Positions 1-17,300 of a stretch of DNA of 64,000 bases are shown in pieces. The translations under genes and the position numbers were made by a program. Source of the stretch: Eledone cirrhosa (Eukaryota); NCBI GenBank assembly GCA_964016885.1, contig OZ024751.1, positions 53,010,001 through 53,074,000 on the forward strand, written 5' to 3'. Numbering within the stretch: the first letter of the stretch is position 1; each line of letters starts with the position of its first letter. Below the pieces are notes generated by a model that was not told where the DNA came from, ran no database searches, and saw only the letters and a list, made by a program, of their open reading frames with translations.

Positions 1-2980
1 ACCAGTAATATAACTTCCACATCTAACCTTCTGCTTACTCTGTTAACTAACATACACCAGTGATATAACTTCCACATCTAACCTTCTTACTCTGTCAACT
101 AATATACACCAGTGATGTAACTGCCACATTTAACCTTCTTACTCTGTCAACTAACATACACCAATGATATAACTTCCACATCTAACCTTCTCCTTACTCT
201 GTCAACTAACATACACCAGTGATATAACTTCCATATCTAACCTTCTCCTTACTCTTCAACTAACATACACCAGTGATATAACTTCCACATCTAACCTTCT
301 CCTTACTCTGTTAACTAACATACACCAGTGATATAACTTCCACATCTAACCTCCTTACTCTGTCAACTAAGATACACCAGTGATATAACTGCCACATTTA
401 ACCTTCTCCTTACTCTGTTAACTAACATACACCAGTGATATAACTTCCACATCTAACCTCCTTACTCTGTCAACTAACATACACCAGTAATATAACTTCC
501 ACATCTAACCTTCTGCTTACTCTGTTAACTAACATACACCAGTGATATAACTTCCACATCTAACCTCCTTACTCTGTCAACTAAGATACACCAGTGATGT
601 AACTGCCACATTTAACCTTCTTACTCTGTCAACTAACATACACCAATGATATAAGTTCCACATCTAACCTTTTCCTTACTCTGTCAACTAACATACACCA
701 GTGATATAACTTCCACATCTAACCTTCTCACTACTCTGTCAATTAACGTACACCAGTGATATAACTTCCACATTTAACCTTCTTACTCTGTCAACTAACA
801 TACACCAGTGATATAACTTCCACGTCTAACCTTCTTACTCTGTCAACTAACATACACCAATGTTATAACTTCCACATCTAACCTCCTTACTCTGTCAACT
901 AACATACACCAGTGATATAACTTCCACATCTAACTTCCTTACTCTGTCAACTAACATACACCAGTGATGTAACTGCCACATCTAACCTTCTCCTTACTCT
1001 GTCACCTAACATACACCAGTGATATAACTTCCACATCTAACCTTCTCCTTACTCTGTCAACTAACATACACCAGTGATATAAATTCCACATCTAACCTTC
1101 TCCTTACTCTGTCAACTAACATACACCAGTGATATAACTTCCACATCTAACCTTCTCCTTACTCGGTCAACTAACATACACCAGTGATATAACTTCCACA
1201 TCTAACCTTCTCCTTACTCTGTCAACTAACATACACCAGTGATATAAATTCCACATCTAACCTTCTCCTTACTCTGTCAACTAACATACACCAGTGATAT
1301 AACTTCCACATCTAACCTTCTTACTCTGTCAACTAACATACACCAGTGATATAACTTCCACATCTGACCTCCTTACTCTGTCAACTAACATACACCAGCG
1401 ATATAACTTCCACATCTAACCATCTCCTTACGCTGTCAACTAACATACACCAGTGATATAACTTCCACATCTAACCTCCTTACTCTGTCAACTAACATAC
1501 ACCAGTGATATAACTTCCACAGCTAACATTCTCCTTACTCTGTTAACTAACATACACCAGTGATATAACTTCCACATCTAACCTCCTTACTCTGTCATCT
1601 AACATACATCAGTGATGTAACTGCCACATTTAACCTTCTTACTCTGTCAAGTAACATACACCACTGATATAACTTCCACATCTAAACTTCTCCTTACTCT
1701 GTCAACTAACATACACCAGTGATATAACTTCCACATCTAACCATCTCCTTACTCTGTCAACTAACATACACCAGTGATATAACTTCCACATCTAACCTTC
1801 TCCTTACTCTGTCAACTAACATACACCAGTGATATAACTTCCACATCTAACCTTCTCCTTACTCTGTCAACTAACATACACCAGTGATATAACTTCCACG
1901 TCTAACCATCTCCTTACTCTGTCAACTAACATACACCAGTGATATAACTTCCACATCTAACCTTCTCCTTACTCTGTCAACTAACATACACCAGTGATAT
2001 AACTTCCACATCTAACCTCCTTACTCTGTCAACTAACATACACCAGTGATATAACTTCCACATCTAACCTCCTTACTCTGTCAACTAACATACACCAGCG
2101 ATATAACTTCCATATCTAACCATCTCCTTACGCTGTCAACTAACATACACCAGTGATATAACTTCCACATCTAACCTCCTTACTCTGTCAACTAACATAC
2201 ACCAGTGATATAACTGCCACAGCTAACCTTCTCCTTACTCTGTTAACTAACATACACCAGTGACATAACTTCCACATTTAACGTTCTTACTCTGTCAATT
2301 AATATACACCAGTGATATAACTTCCACATCTAACCTTCTTACTCTGTCAACTAACATACACCAGTGATGTAACTGCCACATTTAACCCTCTTACTCTGTC
2401 AACTAACATACACCAATGATATAACTTCCACATCTAACCTTCTCCTTACTCTGTCACCTAACATACACCAGTGATATAACTTCCACATTTAACCTTCTCC
2501 TTACTCTGTCAACTAACATACACCAGTGATATAACTTCCACATCTAACCTTCTCCTTACTCTGTCAACTAACATACACCAGTGATATAACTTCCACATCT
2601 GACCTCCTTACTCTGTCAACTAACATACACCAGTGATATAACTTCCACATCTCACCTCCTTACTCTGTCAACTAACATACACCAGTGATATAACTTCCAC
2701 ATCTAACCTTCTCCTTACTCTGTCAACTAACATACACCACTGATATAACTTCCACATCTAACCTTCTCCTTACTCTGTCAACTAACATACACCAGTGATA
2801 TAACTTCCACATCTGACCTCCTTACTCTGTCAACTAACATACACCAGTGATGTAACTGCCACATTTAACCTTCTTACTCTGTCAACTAACATACACCAGT
2901 GATATAACTTCCACATCTAACCTTCTCCTTACTCGGTCAACTAACATACACCAGTGATATAACTTCCACATCTAACCTTC
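1..2980. repeat. Higher-order block duplicated at 18607-~21586 (offset 18606)
   Basis: Rare variants recur at a constant offset: ATAAGTTCC G655/G19261, ACTCGGTC G2935/G21541, and the opening ACCAGTAATA...CTGCTT monomer at 1/18607. The match breaks near 2980. Confidence 0.9.
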
Positions 2981-5900
2981 TCCTTACACTGTCAACTAAC
3001 ATACACCACTGATATAACTTCCACATCTAACCTTCTCCTTACTCTGTCAACTAACATACACCAGTGATATAACTTCCACATCTGACCTCCTTACTCTGTC
3101 AAATAACATACACCAGTGATATAACTTCCACATCTAATCTCCTTACTCTGTCAACTAACATACACCAGTGATATAACTTCAACATCTAACCTTCTCCTTA
3201 CTCTGTTAACTAACATACACCAGTGATATAACTTCCACATCTAACCTCCTTACTCTGTCAACTAACATACACCAGTGATATAACTTCCACATCTGACCCC
3301 CTTACTCTGTCAACTAACATACACCAGCGATATAACTTCCACATCTAACCATCTCCTTACTCTGTCAACTAACATACACCAGTGATATAACTTCCACATC
3401 TAACCTTCTCCTTACTCTGTCAACTAACATACACCAGTGATATAACTTCCACATCTAACCTTCTCCTTACACTGTCAACTAACATACACCACTGATATAA
3501 CTTCCACATCTAACCTTCTCCTTACTCTGTCAACTAACATACACCAGTGATATAACTTCCACATCTAACCTTCTCTTTACTCTGTCAACTAACATACACC
3601 ACTGATATAACTTCCACATCTAACCTTCTCCTCACTCTGTTAACTAACATACAACAGTGATATAACTTCCACATCTAACCTTCTCCTTACTCTGTCAACT
3701 AACATACACAACTGATATAACTTCCACATCTAACCTTCTCCTTACTCTGTCAACTAACATACACCAGTGATATAACTTCCACATCTAACCTTCTCCTTAC
3801 TCTGTCAACTAACATACACCACTGATATAACTTCCACATCTAACCTTCTCCTCACTCTGTTAACTAACATACAACAGTGATATAACTTCCACATCTAACC
3901 TTCTCCTTACTCTGTCAACTAACATACACCAGTGATGTAACTGCCACATTTAACCTTCCTACTCTGTCAACTAACATACACCAGTGATATGACTTCCACA
4001 TCTAACCTTCTCCTTACTCGGTCAACTAACATACACCAGTGATATAACTTCCACATCTAACCTTCTCCTTACTCTGTCAACTAACATACACAAGATATAT
4101 AACTTCCACATCTAACCTCCTTACTCTGTCAACTAACATACACCAGTGATATAACTTCCACATCTAACCTTCTCCTTACTCTGTCAACTAACATACACCA
4201 GTGATATAACTTCCACATCTAACCTTCTCCTTACTCTGTCAACTAACATACACAAGATATATAACTTCCACATCTAACCTCCTTACTCTGTCAACTAACA
4301 TACACCAGTGATATAACTTCCGCATCTAACCTTCTCCTTACTCTGTCAACTAACATACACCAGTGTTATAACTTCCACATCTAACCTCCTTACTCTGTCA
4401 ACTAACATACACCACTGATATAACTTCCACATCTAACCTTCTCCTTACTCTGTCAACTAACATGCACCAGTGATATAACTTCCACATCTAACCTTCTTAC
4501 TCTGTCAATTAACATACACCAGTAATATAATTTCCACATCTAACCTTCTTACTATGTCAACTAACATACACCAATGATATAACTTCTACATCTAACCTTC
4601 TCCTTACTCTGTCAACTAACATACACCAGTGATATAACTTCCACATCTAACCTTCTCCTTACTCTGTCAACTAACATACACCAGTGATATAAATTCCACA
4701 TCTAACCTTCTACTTACTCTGTCAACTAACATACACCAGTGATATAACTTCCACATCTAACCTTCTTACTCTGTCTACTAACATACACCAGTGATATAAC
4801 TTCCACATCTGACCTCCTTACTCTGTCAACTAACATACACCAGTGATATAACTTCCAAAGCTAACATTCTCCTTACTCTGTTAACTAACATACACCAGTG
4901 ATATAACTTCCACATCTAACCTCCTTACTCTGTCATGTAACATACATCAGTGATGTAACTGCCACATTTAACCTTCTTACTCTGTCAAGTAACATACACC
5001 ACTGATATAACTTCCACATCTAACCTTCTCCTTACTCTGTCAACTAACATACACCAGTGATATAACTTCCACATCTAACCTTCTCCTTACTCTGTCAACT
5101 AACTTACACCAGTGATATAACTTCCACATCTAACCATCTCCTTACTCTGTCAACTAACATACACCAGTGATATAACTTCCACATCTAACCTTCTCCTTAC
5201 TCTGTTAACTAACATACACCAGTGTTATAACTTCCACATCTAACCTCCTTACTATGTCAACTAACATTGACCACTGATATAACTTCCACATCTAACCTTC
5301 TACTCTACTCTGTCAACTAACATACACCAGTGATATAAATTCCACATCTAACCTTCTCCTTACTCTGTCAACTAACATACACCAGTGATATAACTTCCAC
5401 ATCTAACCTCCTTACTCTGTCAACTAACATACACCAGTGATATAACTTCCACATCTGACCTCCTTACTCTGTCAACTAACATACACCAGCGAGATAACTT
5501 CCACATCTAACCATCTCCTTAAGCTGTCAACTAACATACACCAGTGATATAACTTCCACATCTAACCTCCTTACTCTGTCAACTAACATACACCAGTGAT
5601 ATAACTTCCACAGCTAACCTTCTCCTTACTCTGTTAACTAACATACACCAGTGATATAACTTCCACATCTAACCTTCTTACTCTGTCAACTAACATACAC
5701 CACTGATATAACTTCCACATCTAACCTCCTTACTCTGTCAACTAACATACACCAGTGATGTAACTGCCACATTTAACCTTCTTACTCTGTCACCTAACAT
5801 ACACCAGTGATATAACTTCCACATCTAACCTTCTCCTTACTCTGTCAACTAACATACACCAGTGATATAACTTCCACATCTAACCTTCTCCTTACTCTGT

Positions 5901-5999
5901 CAACTAACATACACCATATATATAACTTCCACATCTAACCTCCTTACTCTGTCAACTAACATACACCAGTGATATAACTTCCACATCTAACCTTCTCCT

Positions 6000-8900
6000 T
6001 ACTCTGTCAACTAACATACACCAGTGATATAACTTCCACATCTAACCTTCTCCTTACTCTGTCAACTAACATACACCATATATATAACTTCCACATCTAA
6101 CCTCCTTACTCTGTCAACTAACATACACCAGTGATATAACTTCCACATCTAACCTCCTTACTCTGTCAAATAACATACACCAGTGATATAATTTCTACAT
6201 CTGACCTCCTTACTCTGTCAACTAACATACACCAGCGATATAACTTCCACATCTAACCATCTCCTTACTCTGTCAACTAACATACACCAGTGATATAACT
6301 TCCGCATCTAACCTTCTCCTTACTCTGTCAACTAACATACACCAGTGATATAACTTCCACATCTAACCTCCTTACTCTGTCAACTAACATACACTAGTGA
6401 TATAACTTCCACATCTGACCTCCTTACTCTGTTAAATAACATACAGCAGTGATATAACTTCCACATCTAATCTCCTTACTCTGTCAACTAACATACACCA
6501 GTGATATAACTTCAACATCTAACCTTCTCCTTACTCTGTTAACTAACATACACCAGTGATATAACTTCCACATCTAACCTCCTTACTCTGTCAACTAACA
6601 TACACCAGTGATATAACTTCCACATCTGACCCCCTTACTCTGTCAACTAACATACACCAGCGATATAACTTCCACATCTAACCATCTCCTTACTCTGTCA
6701 ACTAACATACACCAGTGATATAACTTCCACATCTAACCTTCTCCTTACTCTGTCAACTAACATACACCAGTGATATAACTTCCACATCTAACCTTCTCCT
6801 TACTCTGTCAACTAACATACACCACTGATATAACTTCCACATCTAACCTTCTCCTTACTCTGTCAACTAACATACACCAGTGATATAACTTCCACATCTA
6901 ACCTTCTCCTTACTCTGTCAACTAACATACACCACTGATATAACTTCCACATCTAACCTTCTCCTCACTCTGTTAACTAACATACAACAGTGATATAACT
7001 TCCACATCTAACCTTCTCCTTACTCTGTCAACTAACATACACCAGTGATGTAACTGCCACATTTAACCTTCCTACTCTGTCAACTAACATACACCAGTGA
7101 TATAACTTCCACATCTAACCTTCTCCTTACTCGGTCAACTAACATACACCGTGATATAACTTCCACATCTAAGCTTCTCCTTACTCTGTCAACTAACATA
7201 CACCAGTGATATAAATTCCACATCTAACCTTCTCCTTACTCTGTCAACTAACATACACCAGTGATATAACTTCCACATCTAACCTCCTTACTCTGTCAAC
7301 TAACATACACCAGTGATATAACTTCCACATCTGACCTCCTTACTCTGTCAACTAACATACACCAGCGAGATAACTTCCACATCTAACCATCTCCTTAAGC
7401 TGTCAACTAACATACACCAGTGATATAACTTCCACATCTAACCTCCTTACTCTGTCAACTAACATACACCAGTGATATAACTTCCACAGCTAACCTTCTC
7501 CTTACTCTGTTAACTAACATACACCAGTGATATAACTTCCACATCTAACCTCCTTACTCTGTCATCTAACATACACCAGTGATGTAACTGCCACATTTAA
7601 CCTTCTTACTCTGTCAACTAACATACACCACTGATATAACTTCCACATCTAACCTTCTTACTCTGTCAACTAACATACACCACTGATATAACTTCCACAT
7701 CTAACCTCCTTACTCTGTCAACTAACATACACCAGTGATGTAACTGCCACATTTAACCTTCTTACTCTGTCACCTAACATACACCAGTGATATAACTTCC
7801 ACATCTAACCTTCTCCTTACTCTGTCAACTAACATACACCAGTGATATAACTTCCACATCTAACCTTCTCCTTACTCTGTCAACTAACATATACCAGATA
7901 TATAACTTCCACATCTAACCTCCTTACTCTGTCAACTAACATACACCAGTGATATAACTTCCGCATCTAACCTTCTCCTTACTCTGTCAACTAACATACA
8001 CCACTGATATAACTTCCACATCTAACCTTCTCCTTACTCTGTCAACTAACATACACCAGTGATATAACTTCCACATCTAACCTTCTCCTTACTCTGTCAA
8101 CTAACATGCACCAGTGATATAACTTACACATCTAACCTTCTTACTCTGTCAATTAACATACACCAGTGATATAATTTCCACATCTAACCTTCTTACAATG
8201 TCAACTAACATACACCAATGATATAACTTCTACATCTACCCTTCTCCTTACTCTGTCAACTAACATACACCAGTGATATAACTTCCACATCTAACTATCT
8301 CCTTACTCTGTCAACTAATATACACCAGTAATATAACTTCAGCATCTAACCTTCTCCTTACTCTGTCAACTAACATACACCAGTGATATAACTTCCACAT
8401 CTAACCTCCTTACTCTGTCAAATAACATACACCAGTGATATAACTTCCACATCTGACCTCCTTACTCTGTCAACTAGCATACACCAGCGATATAACTTCC
8501 ACATCTAACCATCTCCTTACTCTGTCAACTAACATACACCAGTGATATAACTTCCGCATCTAACCTTCTCCTTACTCTGTCAACTAACATACACCAGTGA
8601 TATAACTTCCACATCTAACCTCCTTACTCTGTCAACTAACATACACCAGTGATATAACTTCCACATCTGACCTCCTTACTCTGTCAGATAACATACACCA
8701 GTGATATAACTTCCACATCTAATCTCCTTACTCTGTCAACTAACATACACCAGTGATATAACTTCAACATCTAACCTTCTCCTTACTCTGTTAACTAACA
8801 TACACCAGTGATATAACTTCCACATCTAACCTCCTTACTCTGTCAACTAACATACACCAGTGATATAACTTCCACATCTGACCCCCTTACTCTGTCAACT

Positions 8901-11900
8901 AACATACACCAGCGATATAACTTCCACATCTAACCATCTCCTTACTCTGTCAACTAACATACACCAGTGATATAACTTCCACATCTAACCTTCTCCTTAC
9001 TCTGTCAACTAACATACACCAGTGATATAACTTCCACATCTAACCTTCTCCTTACTCTGTCAACTAACATACACCACTGATATAACTTCCACATCTAACC
9101 TTCTCCTTACTCTGTCAACTAACATACACCAGTGATATAACTTCCACATCTAACCTTCTCCTTACTCTGTCAACTAACATACACCACTGATATAACTTCC
9201 ACATCTAACCTTCTCCTCACTCTGTTAACTAACATACAACAGTGATATAACTTCCACATCTAACCTTCTCCTTACTCTGTCAACTAACATACACCAGTGA
9301 TGTAACTGCCACATTTAACCTTCCTACTCTGTCAACTAACATACACCAGTGATATAACTTCCACATCTAACCTTCTCCTTACTCGGTCAACTAACATACA
9401 CCGTGATATAACTTCCACATCTAACCTTCTCCTTACTCTGTCAACTAACATACACCAGTGATATAAATTCCACATCTAACCTTCTCCTTACTCTGTCAAC
9501 TAACATACACCAGTGATATAACTTCCACATCTAACCTCCTTACTCTGTCAACTAACATACACCAGTGATATAACTTCCACATCTGACCTCCTTACTCTGT
9601 CAACTAACATACACCAGCGAGATAACTTCCACATCTAACCATCTCCTTAAGCTGTCAACTAACATACACCAGTGATATAACTTCCACATCTAACCTCCTT
9701 ACTCTGTCAACTAACATACACCAGTGATATAACTTCCACAGCTAACCTTCTCCTTACTCTGTTAACTAACATACACCAGTGATATAACTTCCACATCTAA
9801 CCTCCTTACTCTGTCATCTAACATACACCAGTGATGTAACTGCCACATTTAACCTTCTTACTCTGTCAACTAACATACACCACTGATATAACTTCCACAT
9901 CTAACCTTCTTACTCTGTCAACTAACATACACCACTGATATAACTTCCACATCTAACCTCCTTACTCTGTCAACTAACATACACCAGTGATGTAACTGCC
10001 ACATTTAACCTTCTTACTCTGTCACCTAACATACACCAGTGATATAACTTCCACATCTAACCTTCTCCTTACTCTGTCAACTAACATACACCAGTGATAT
10101 AACTTCCACATCTAACCTTCTCCTTACTCTGTCAACTAACATACACCAGATATATAACTTCCACATCTAACCTCCTTACTCTGTCAACTAACATACACCA
10201 GTGATATAACTTCCGCATCTAACCTTCTCCTTACTCTGTCAACTAACATACACCACTGATATAACTTCCACATCTAACCTTCTCCTTACTCTGTCAACTA
10301 ACATACACCAGTGATATAACTTCCACATCTAACCTTCTCCTTACTCTGTCAACTAACATGCACCAGTGATATAACTTACACATCTAACCTTCTTACTCTG
10401 TCAATTAACATACACCAGTGATATAATTTCCACATCTAACCTTCTTACAATGTCAACTAACATACACCAATGATATAACTTCTACATCTACCCTTCTCCT
10501 TACTCTGTCAACTAACATACACCAGTGATATAACTTCCACATCTAACTATCTCCTTACTCTGTCAACTAATATACACCAGTAATATAACTTCAGCATCTA
10601 ACCTTCTCCTTACTCTGTCAACTAACATACACCAGTGATATAACTTCCACATCTAACCTCCTTACTCTGTCAAATAACATACACCAGTGATATAACTTCC
10701 ACATCTGACCTCCTTACTCTGTCAACTAGCATACACCAGCGATATAACTTCCACATCTAACCATCTCCTTACTCTGTCAACTAACATACACCAGTGATAT
10801 AACTTCCGCATCTAACCTTCTCCTTACTCTGTCAACTAACATACACCAGTGATATAACTTCCACATCTAACCTCCTTACTCTGTCAACTAACATACACCA
10901 GTGATATAACTTCCACATCTGACCTCCTTACTCTGTCAGATAACATACACCAGTGATATAACTTCCACATCTAATCTCCTTACTCTGTCAACTAACATAC
11001 ACCAGTGATATAACTTCAACATCTAACCTTCTCCTTACTCTGTTAACTAACATACACCAGTGATATAACTTCCACATCTAACCTCCTTACTCTGTCAACT
11101 AACATACACCAGTGATATAACTTCCACATCTGACCCCCTTACTCTGTCAACTAACATACACCAGCGATATAACTTCCACATCTAACCATCTCCTTACTCT
11201 GTCAACTAACATACACCAGTGATATAACTTCCACATCTAACATTCTCCTTACTCTGTCAACTAACATACACCAGTGATATAACTTCCGCATCTAACCTCC
11301 TTACTCTGTCAACATACACCACTGATATAACTTTCACATCTAACCTTCTCCTTACTCTGTCAACTAACATACACCAGTGATATAACTTCCACATCTAACC
11401 TTCTCCTTACTCTGTCAACTAACATACACCATATATATAACTTCCACATCTAACCTCCTTACTCTGTCAACTAACATACACCAGTGATATAACTTCCACA
11501 TCTAACCTCCTTACTCTGTCAAATAACATACACCAGTGATATAATTTCTACATCTGACCTCCTTACTCTGTCAACTAACATACACCAGCGATATAACTTC
11601 CACATCTAACCATCTCCTTACTCTGTCAACTAACATACACCAGTGATATAACTTCCGCATCTAACCTTCTCCTTACTCTGTCAACTAACATACACCAGTG
11701 ATATAACTTCCACATCTAACCTCCTTACTCTGTCAACTAACATACACTAGTGATATAACTTCCACATCTGACCTCCTTACTCTGTCAAATAACATACAGC
11801 AGTGATATAACTTCCACATCTAATCTCCTTACTCTGTCAACTAACATACACCAGTGATATAACTTCAACATCTAACCTTCTCCTTACTCTGTTAACTAAC

Positions 11901-14320
11901 ATACACCAGTGATATAACTTCCACATCTAACCTCCTTACTCTGTCAACTAACATACACCAGTGATATAACTTCCACATCTGACCCCCTTACTCTGTCAAC
12001 TAACATACACCAGCGATATAACTTCCACATCTAACCATCTCCTTACTCTGTCAACTAACATACACCAGTGATATAACTTCCACATCTAACCTTCTCCTTA
12101 CTCTGTCAACTAACATACACCAGTGATATAACTTCCACATCTAACCTTCTCCTTACTCTGTCAACTAACATACACCACTGATATAACTTCCACATCTAAC
12201 CTTCTCCTTACTCTGTCAACTAACATACACCAGTGATATAACTTCCACATCTAACCTTCTCCTTACTCTGTCAACTAACATACACCACTGATATAACTTC
12301 CACATCTAACCTTCTCCTCACTCTGTTAACTAACATACAACAGTGATATAACTTCCACATCTAACCTTCTCCTTACTCTGTCAACTAACATACACCAGTG
12401 ATGTAACTGCCACATTTAACCTTCCTACTCTGTCAACTAACATACACCAGTGATATAACTTCCACATCTAACCTTCTCCTTACTCGGTCAACTAACATAC
12501 ACCGTGATATAACTTCCACATCTAACCTTCTCCTTACTCTGTCAACTAACATACACCAGTGATATAAATTCCACATCTAACCTTCTCCTTACTCTGTCAA
12601 CTAACATACACCAGTGATATAACTTCCACATCTAACCTCCTTACTCTGTCAACTAACATACACCAGTGATATAACTTCCACATCTGACCTCCTTACTCTG
12701 TCAACTAACATACACCAGCGAGATAACTTCCACATCTAACCATCTCCTTAAGCTGTCAACTAACATACACCAGTGATATAACTTCCACATCTAACCTCCT
12801 TACTCTGTCAACTAACATACACCAGTGATATAACTTCCACAGCTAACCTTCTCCTTACTCTGTTAACTAACATACACCAGTGATATAACTTCCACATCTA
12901 ACCTACTTACTCTGTCATCTAACATACACCAGTGATGTAACTGCCACATTTAACCTTCTTACTCTGTCACCTAACATACACCAGTGATATAACTTCCACA
13001 TCTAACCTTCTCCTTACTCTGTCAACTAACATACACCAGTGATATAACTTCCACATCTAACCTTCTCCTTACTCTGTCAACTAACATACACCAGATATAT
13101 AACTTCCACATCTAACCTCCTTACTCTGTCAACTAACATACACCAGTGATATAACTTCCGCATCTAACCTTCTCCTTACTCTGTCAACTAACATACACCA
13201 CTGATATAACTTCCACATCTAACCTTCTCCTTACTCTGTCAACTAACATACACCAGTGATATAACTTCCACATCTAACCTTCTCCTTACTCTGTCAACTA
13301 ACATGCACCAGTGATATAACTTACACATCTAACCTTCTTACTCTGTCAATTAACATACACCAGTGATATAATTTCCACATCTAACCTTCTTACAATGTCA
13401 ACTAACATACACCAATGATATAACTTCTACATCTACCCTTCTCCTTACTCTGTCAACTAACATACACCAGTGATATAACTTCCACATCTAACTATCTCCT
13501 TACTCTGTCAACTAATATACACCAGTAATATAACTTCAGCATCTAACCTTCTCCTTACTCTGTCAACTAACATACACCAGTGATATAACTTCCACATCTA
13601 ACCTCCTTACTCTGTCAAATAACATACACCAGTGATATAACTTCCACATCTGACCTCCTTACTCTGTCAACTAGCATACACCAGCGATATAACTTCCACA
13701 TCTAACCATCTCCTTACTCTGTCAACTAACATACACCAGTGATATAACTTCCGCATCTAACCTTCTCCTTACTCTGTCAACTAACATACACCAGTGATAT
13801 AACTTCCACATCTAACCTCCTTACTCTGTCAACTAACATACACCAGTGATATAACTTCCACATCTGACCTCCTTACTCTGTCAGATAACATACACCAGTG
13901 ATATAACTTCCACATCTAATCTCCTTACTCTGTCAACTAACATACACCAGTGATATAACTTCAACATCTAACCTTCTCCTTACTCTGTTAACTAACATAC
14001 ACCAGTGATATAACTTCCACATCTAACCTCCTTACTCTGTCAACTAACATACACCAGTGATATAACTTCCACATCTGACCCCCTTACTCTGTCAACTAAC
14101 ATACACCAGCGATATAACTTCCACATCTAACCATCTCCTTACTCTGTCAACTAACATACACCAGTGATATAACTTCCACATCTAACATTCTCCTTACTCT
14201 GTCAACTAACATACACCAGTGATATAACTTCCGCATCTAACCTCCTTACTCTGTCAACATACACCACTGATATAACTTTCACATCTAACCTTCTCCTTAC
14301 TCTGTCAACTAACATACACC
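6000..14320. repeat. Higher-order repeat, about three copies of a 2.2-3 kb multimer
   Basis: 1-bp deletion marker CACCGTGAT at ~7150, 9402 and 12503. TTACAATG marker at 8200, 10452 and 13397. GACCCC marker at 6628, 8880 and 11132 (period 2252). Confidence 0.9.
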
Positions 14321-17300
14321 ACTGATATAACTTCCACATCTAACCTTCTGCTTACTCTGTCAACTAACATACACCAGTGATATAACTTCCACATCTAACC
14401 TTCTCCTTACTCTGTCAACTAACATACACCACTGATATAACTTCCACATCTAACCTTCTCACTCTGTTAACTAACATACAACAGTGATATAACTTCCACA
14501 TCTAACCTTCTTACTCTGTCAACTAATATACACCAGTGATATAACTTCCACATCTTACCTTCTCCTTACTCTGTCAACTAACATACACCAGTGATATAAA
14601 TTCCACATCTAACCTTCTCCTTACTCTGTCAACTAACATACACCGGTGATATAACTTCCACATCTAACCTTCTCCTTACTCGGTCAACTAACATACACCA
14701 GTGATATAACTTCCACATCTAACCTTCTCCTTACTCTGTCAACTAACATACACCAGTGATATAAATTCCACATCTAACCTTCTCCTTACTCTGTCAACTA
14801 ACATACACCAGTGATATAACTTCCACATCTAACCTTCTTACTCTGTCAACTAACATACACCAGTGATATAACTTCCACATCTGACCTCCTTAGTCTGTCA
14901 ACTAACATACACCAGCGATATAACTTCCACATCTAACCATCTCCTTACGCTGTCAACTAACATACACCAGTGATATAACTTCCACATCTAACCTCCTTAC
15001 TCTGTCAACTAACATACACCAGTGATATAACTTCCACAGCTAACATTCTCCTTACTCTTTAACTAACATACACCAGTGATATAACTTCCACATCTAACCT
15101 CCTTACTCTGTCATCTAACATACATCAGTGATGTAACTGCCACATTTAACCTTCTTACTCTGTCAAGTAACATACACCACTGATATAACTGCCACATTTA
15201 ACCTTCCTACTCTGTCAACTAACATACACCAGTGATATAACTTCCACATCTGACCTCCTTACTCTGTCAACTAACATACACCAGCGAGATAAATTCCACA
15301 TCTAACCATCTCCTTAAGCTGTCAACTAACATACACCAGTGATATAACTTCCACATCTAACCTCCTTACTCTGTCAACTAACATACACCAGTGATGTAAC
15401 TGCCACATTTAACCTTCTTACTCTGTCAAGTAACATACACCACTGATATAACTGCCACATTTAACCCTCCTACTCTGTCAACTAACATACACCAGTGATA
15501 TAACTTCCACATCTGACCTCCTTACTCTGTCAACTAACATACACCAGCGAGATAAATTCCACATCTAACCATCTCCTTAAGCTGTCAACTAACATACACC
15601 AGTGATATAACTTCCACATCTGACCTCCTTACTCTGTCAACTAACATACACCAGCGAGATAAATTCCACATCTAACCATCTCCTTAAGCTGTCACCTAAC
15701 ATACACCAGTGATATAACTTCCACATCTAACCTTCTCCTTACTCTGTCAACTAACATACACCAGTGATATAACTTCCACATCTAACCTTCTCCTTACTCT
15801 GTCAACTAACATACACGAGATATATAACTTCCACATCTAACCTCCTTACTCTGTCAACTAACATACACCAGTGATATAACTTCCGCATCTAACCTTCTCC
15901 TTACTCTGTCAACTAACATACACCAGTGATATAACTTCCACATCTAACCTCCTTACTCTGTCAACTAACATACACCACTGATATAACTTCCACATCTAAC
16001 CTTCTCCTTACTCTGTCAACTAACATGCACCCGTGATATAACTTCCACATCTAACCTTCTTACTGTGTCAATTAACATACACCAGTAATATAATTTCCAC
16101 ATCTAACCTTCTTACTCTGTCAACTAACATACACCAGCGATATAACTTCCACATCTAACCATCTCCTCACGCTGTCAACTAACATACACCAGTGATATAA
16201 CTTCCACATCTAACCTCCTTACTCTATCAACTAACATACACCAGTGATATAACTTCCAAAGCTAACATTCTCCTTACTCTGTTAACTAACATACACCAGT
16301 GATATAACTTCCACATCTAACCTCCTTACTCTGTCATGTAACATACATCAGTGATGTAACTGCCACATTTAACCTTCTTACTCTGTCAAGTAACATACAC
16401 CACTGATATAACTTCCACATCTAACCTTCTCCTTACTCTGTCAACTAACATACACCAGTGATATAAATTCCACATCTAACCTTCTCCTTACTCTGTCAAC
16501 TAACATACACCAGTGATATAACTTCCACATCTAACCTTCTCCTTACTCGGTCAACTAACATACACCAGTGATATAACTTCCACATCTAACCTTCTCCTTA
16601 CTCTGTCAACTATCATACACCAGTGATATAAATTCCACATCTAACCTTCTCCTTACTCTGTCAACTAACATACATCAGTGATATAACTTCCACATCTAAT
16701 CTTCTCCTTACTCTGTCAACTAACATACAACAGTGATATAAATTCCACATCTAACCTTCTCCTTACTCTGTCAACTAACATACACCAGTGATATAACTTC
16801 CACATCTAACCTTCTCCTTACTCGGTCAACTAACATACACCAGTGATATAACTTCCACATCTAACCTTCTCCTTACTCTGTCAACTAACATACACCAGTG
16901 ATATAAATTCCACATCTAACCTTCTCCTTACTCTGTCAACTAACATACACCAGCGATATAACTTCCACATCTAACCTTCTTACTCTGTCAACTAACATAC
17001 ACCAGTGATATAACTTCCACATCTGACCTCCTTACTCTGTCAATTAACATACACCAGCGATATAACTTCCACATCTAACCATCTCCTTACGCTGTCAACT
17101 AACATACACCAGTGATATAACTTCCACATCTAACCTCCTTACTCTGTCAACTAACATACACCAGTGATATAACTTCCACAGCTAACATTCTCCTTACTCT
17201 GTTAACTAACATACACCAGTGATATAACTTCCACATCTAACCTCCTTACTCTGTTATCTAACATACATCAGTGATGTAACTGCCACATTTAACCTTCTTA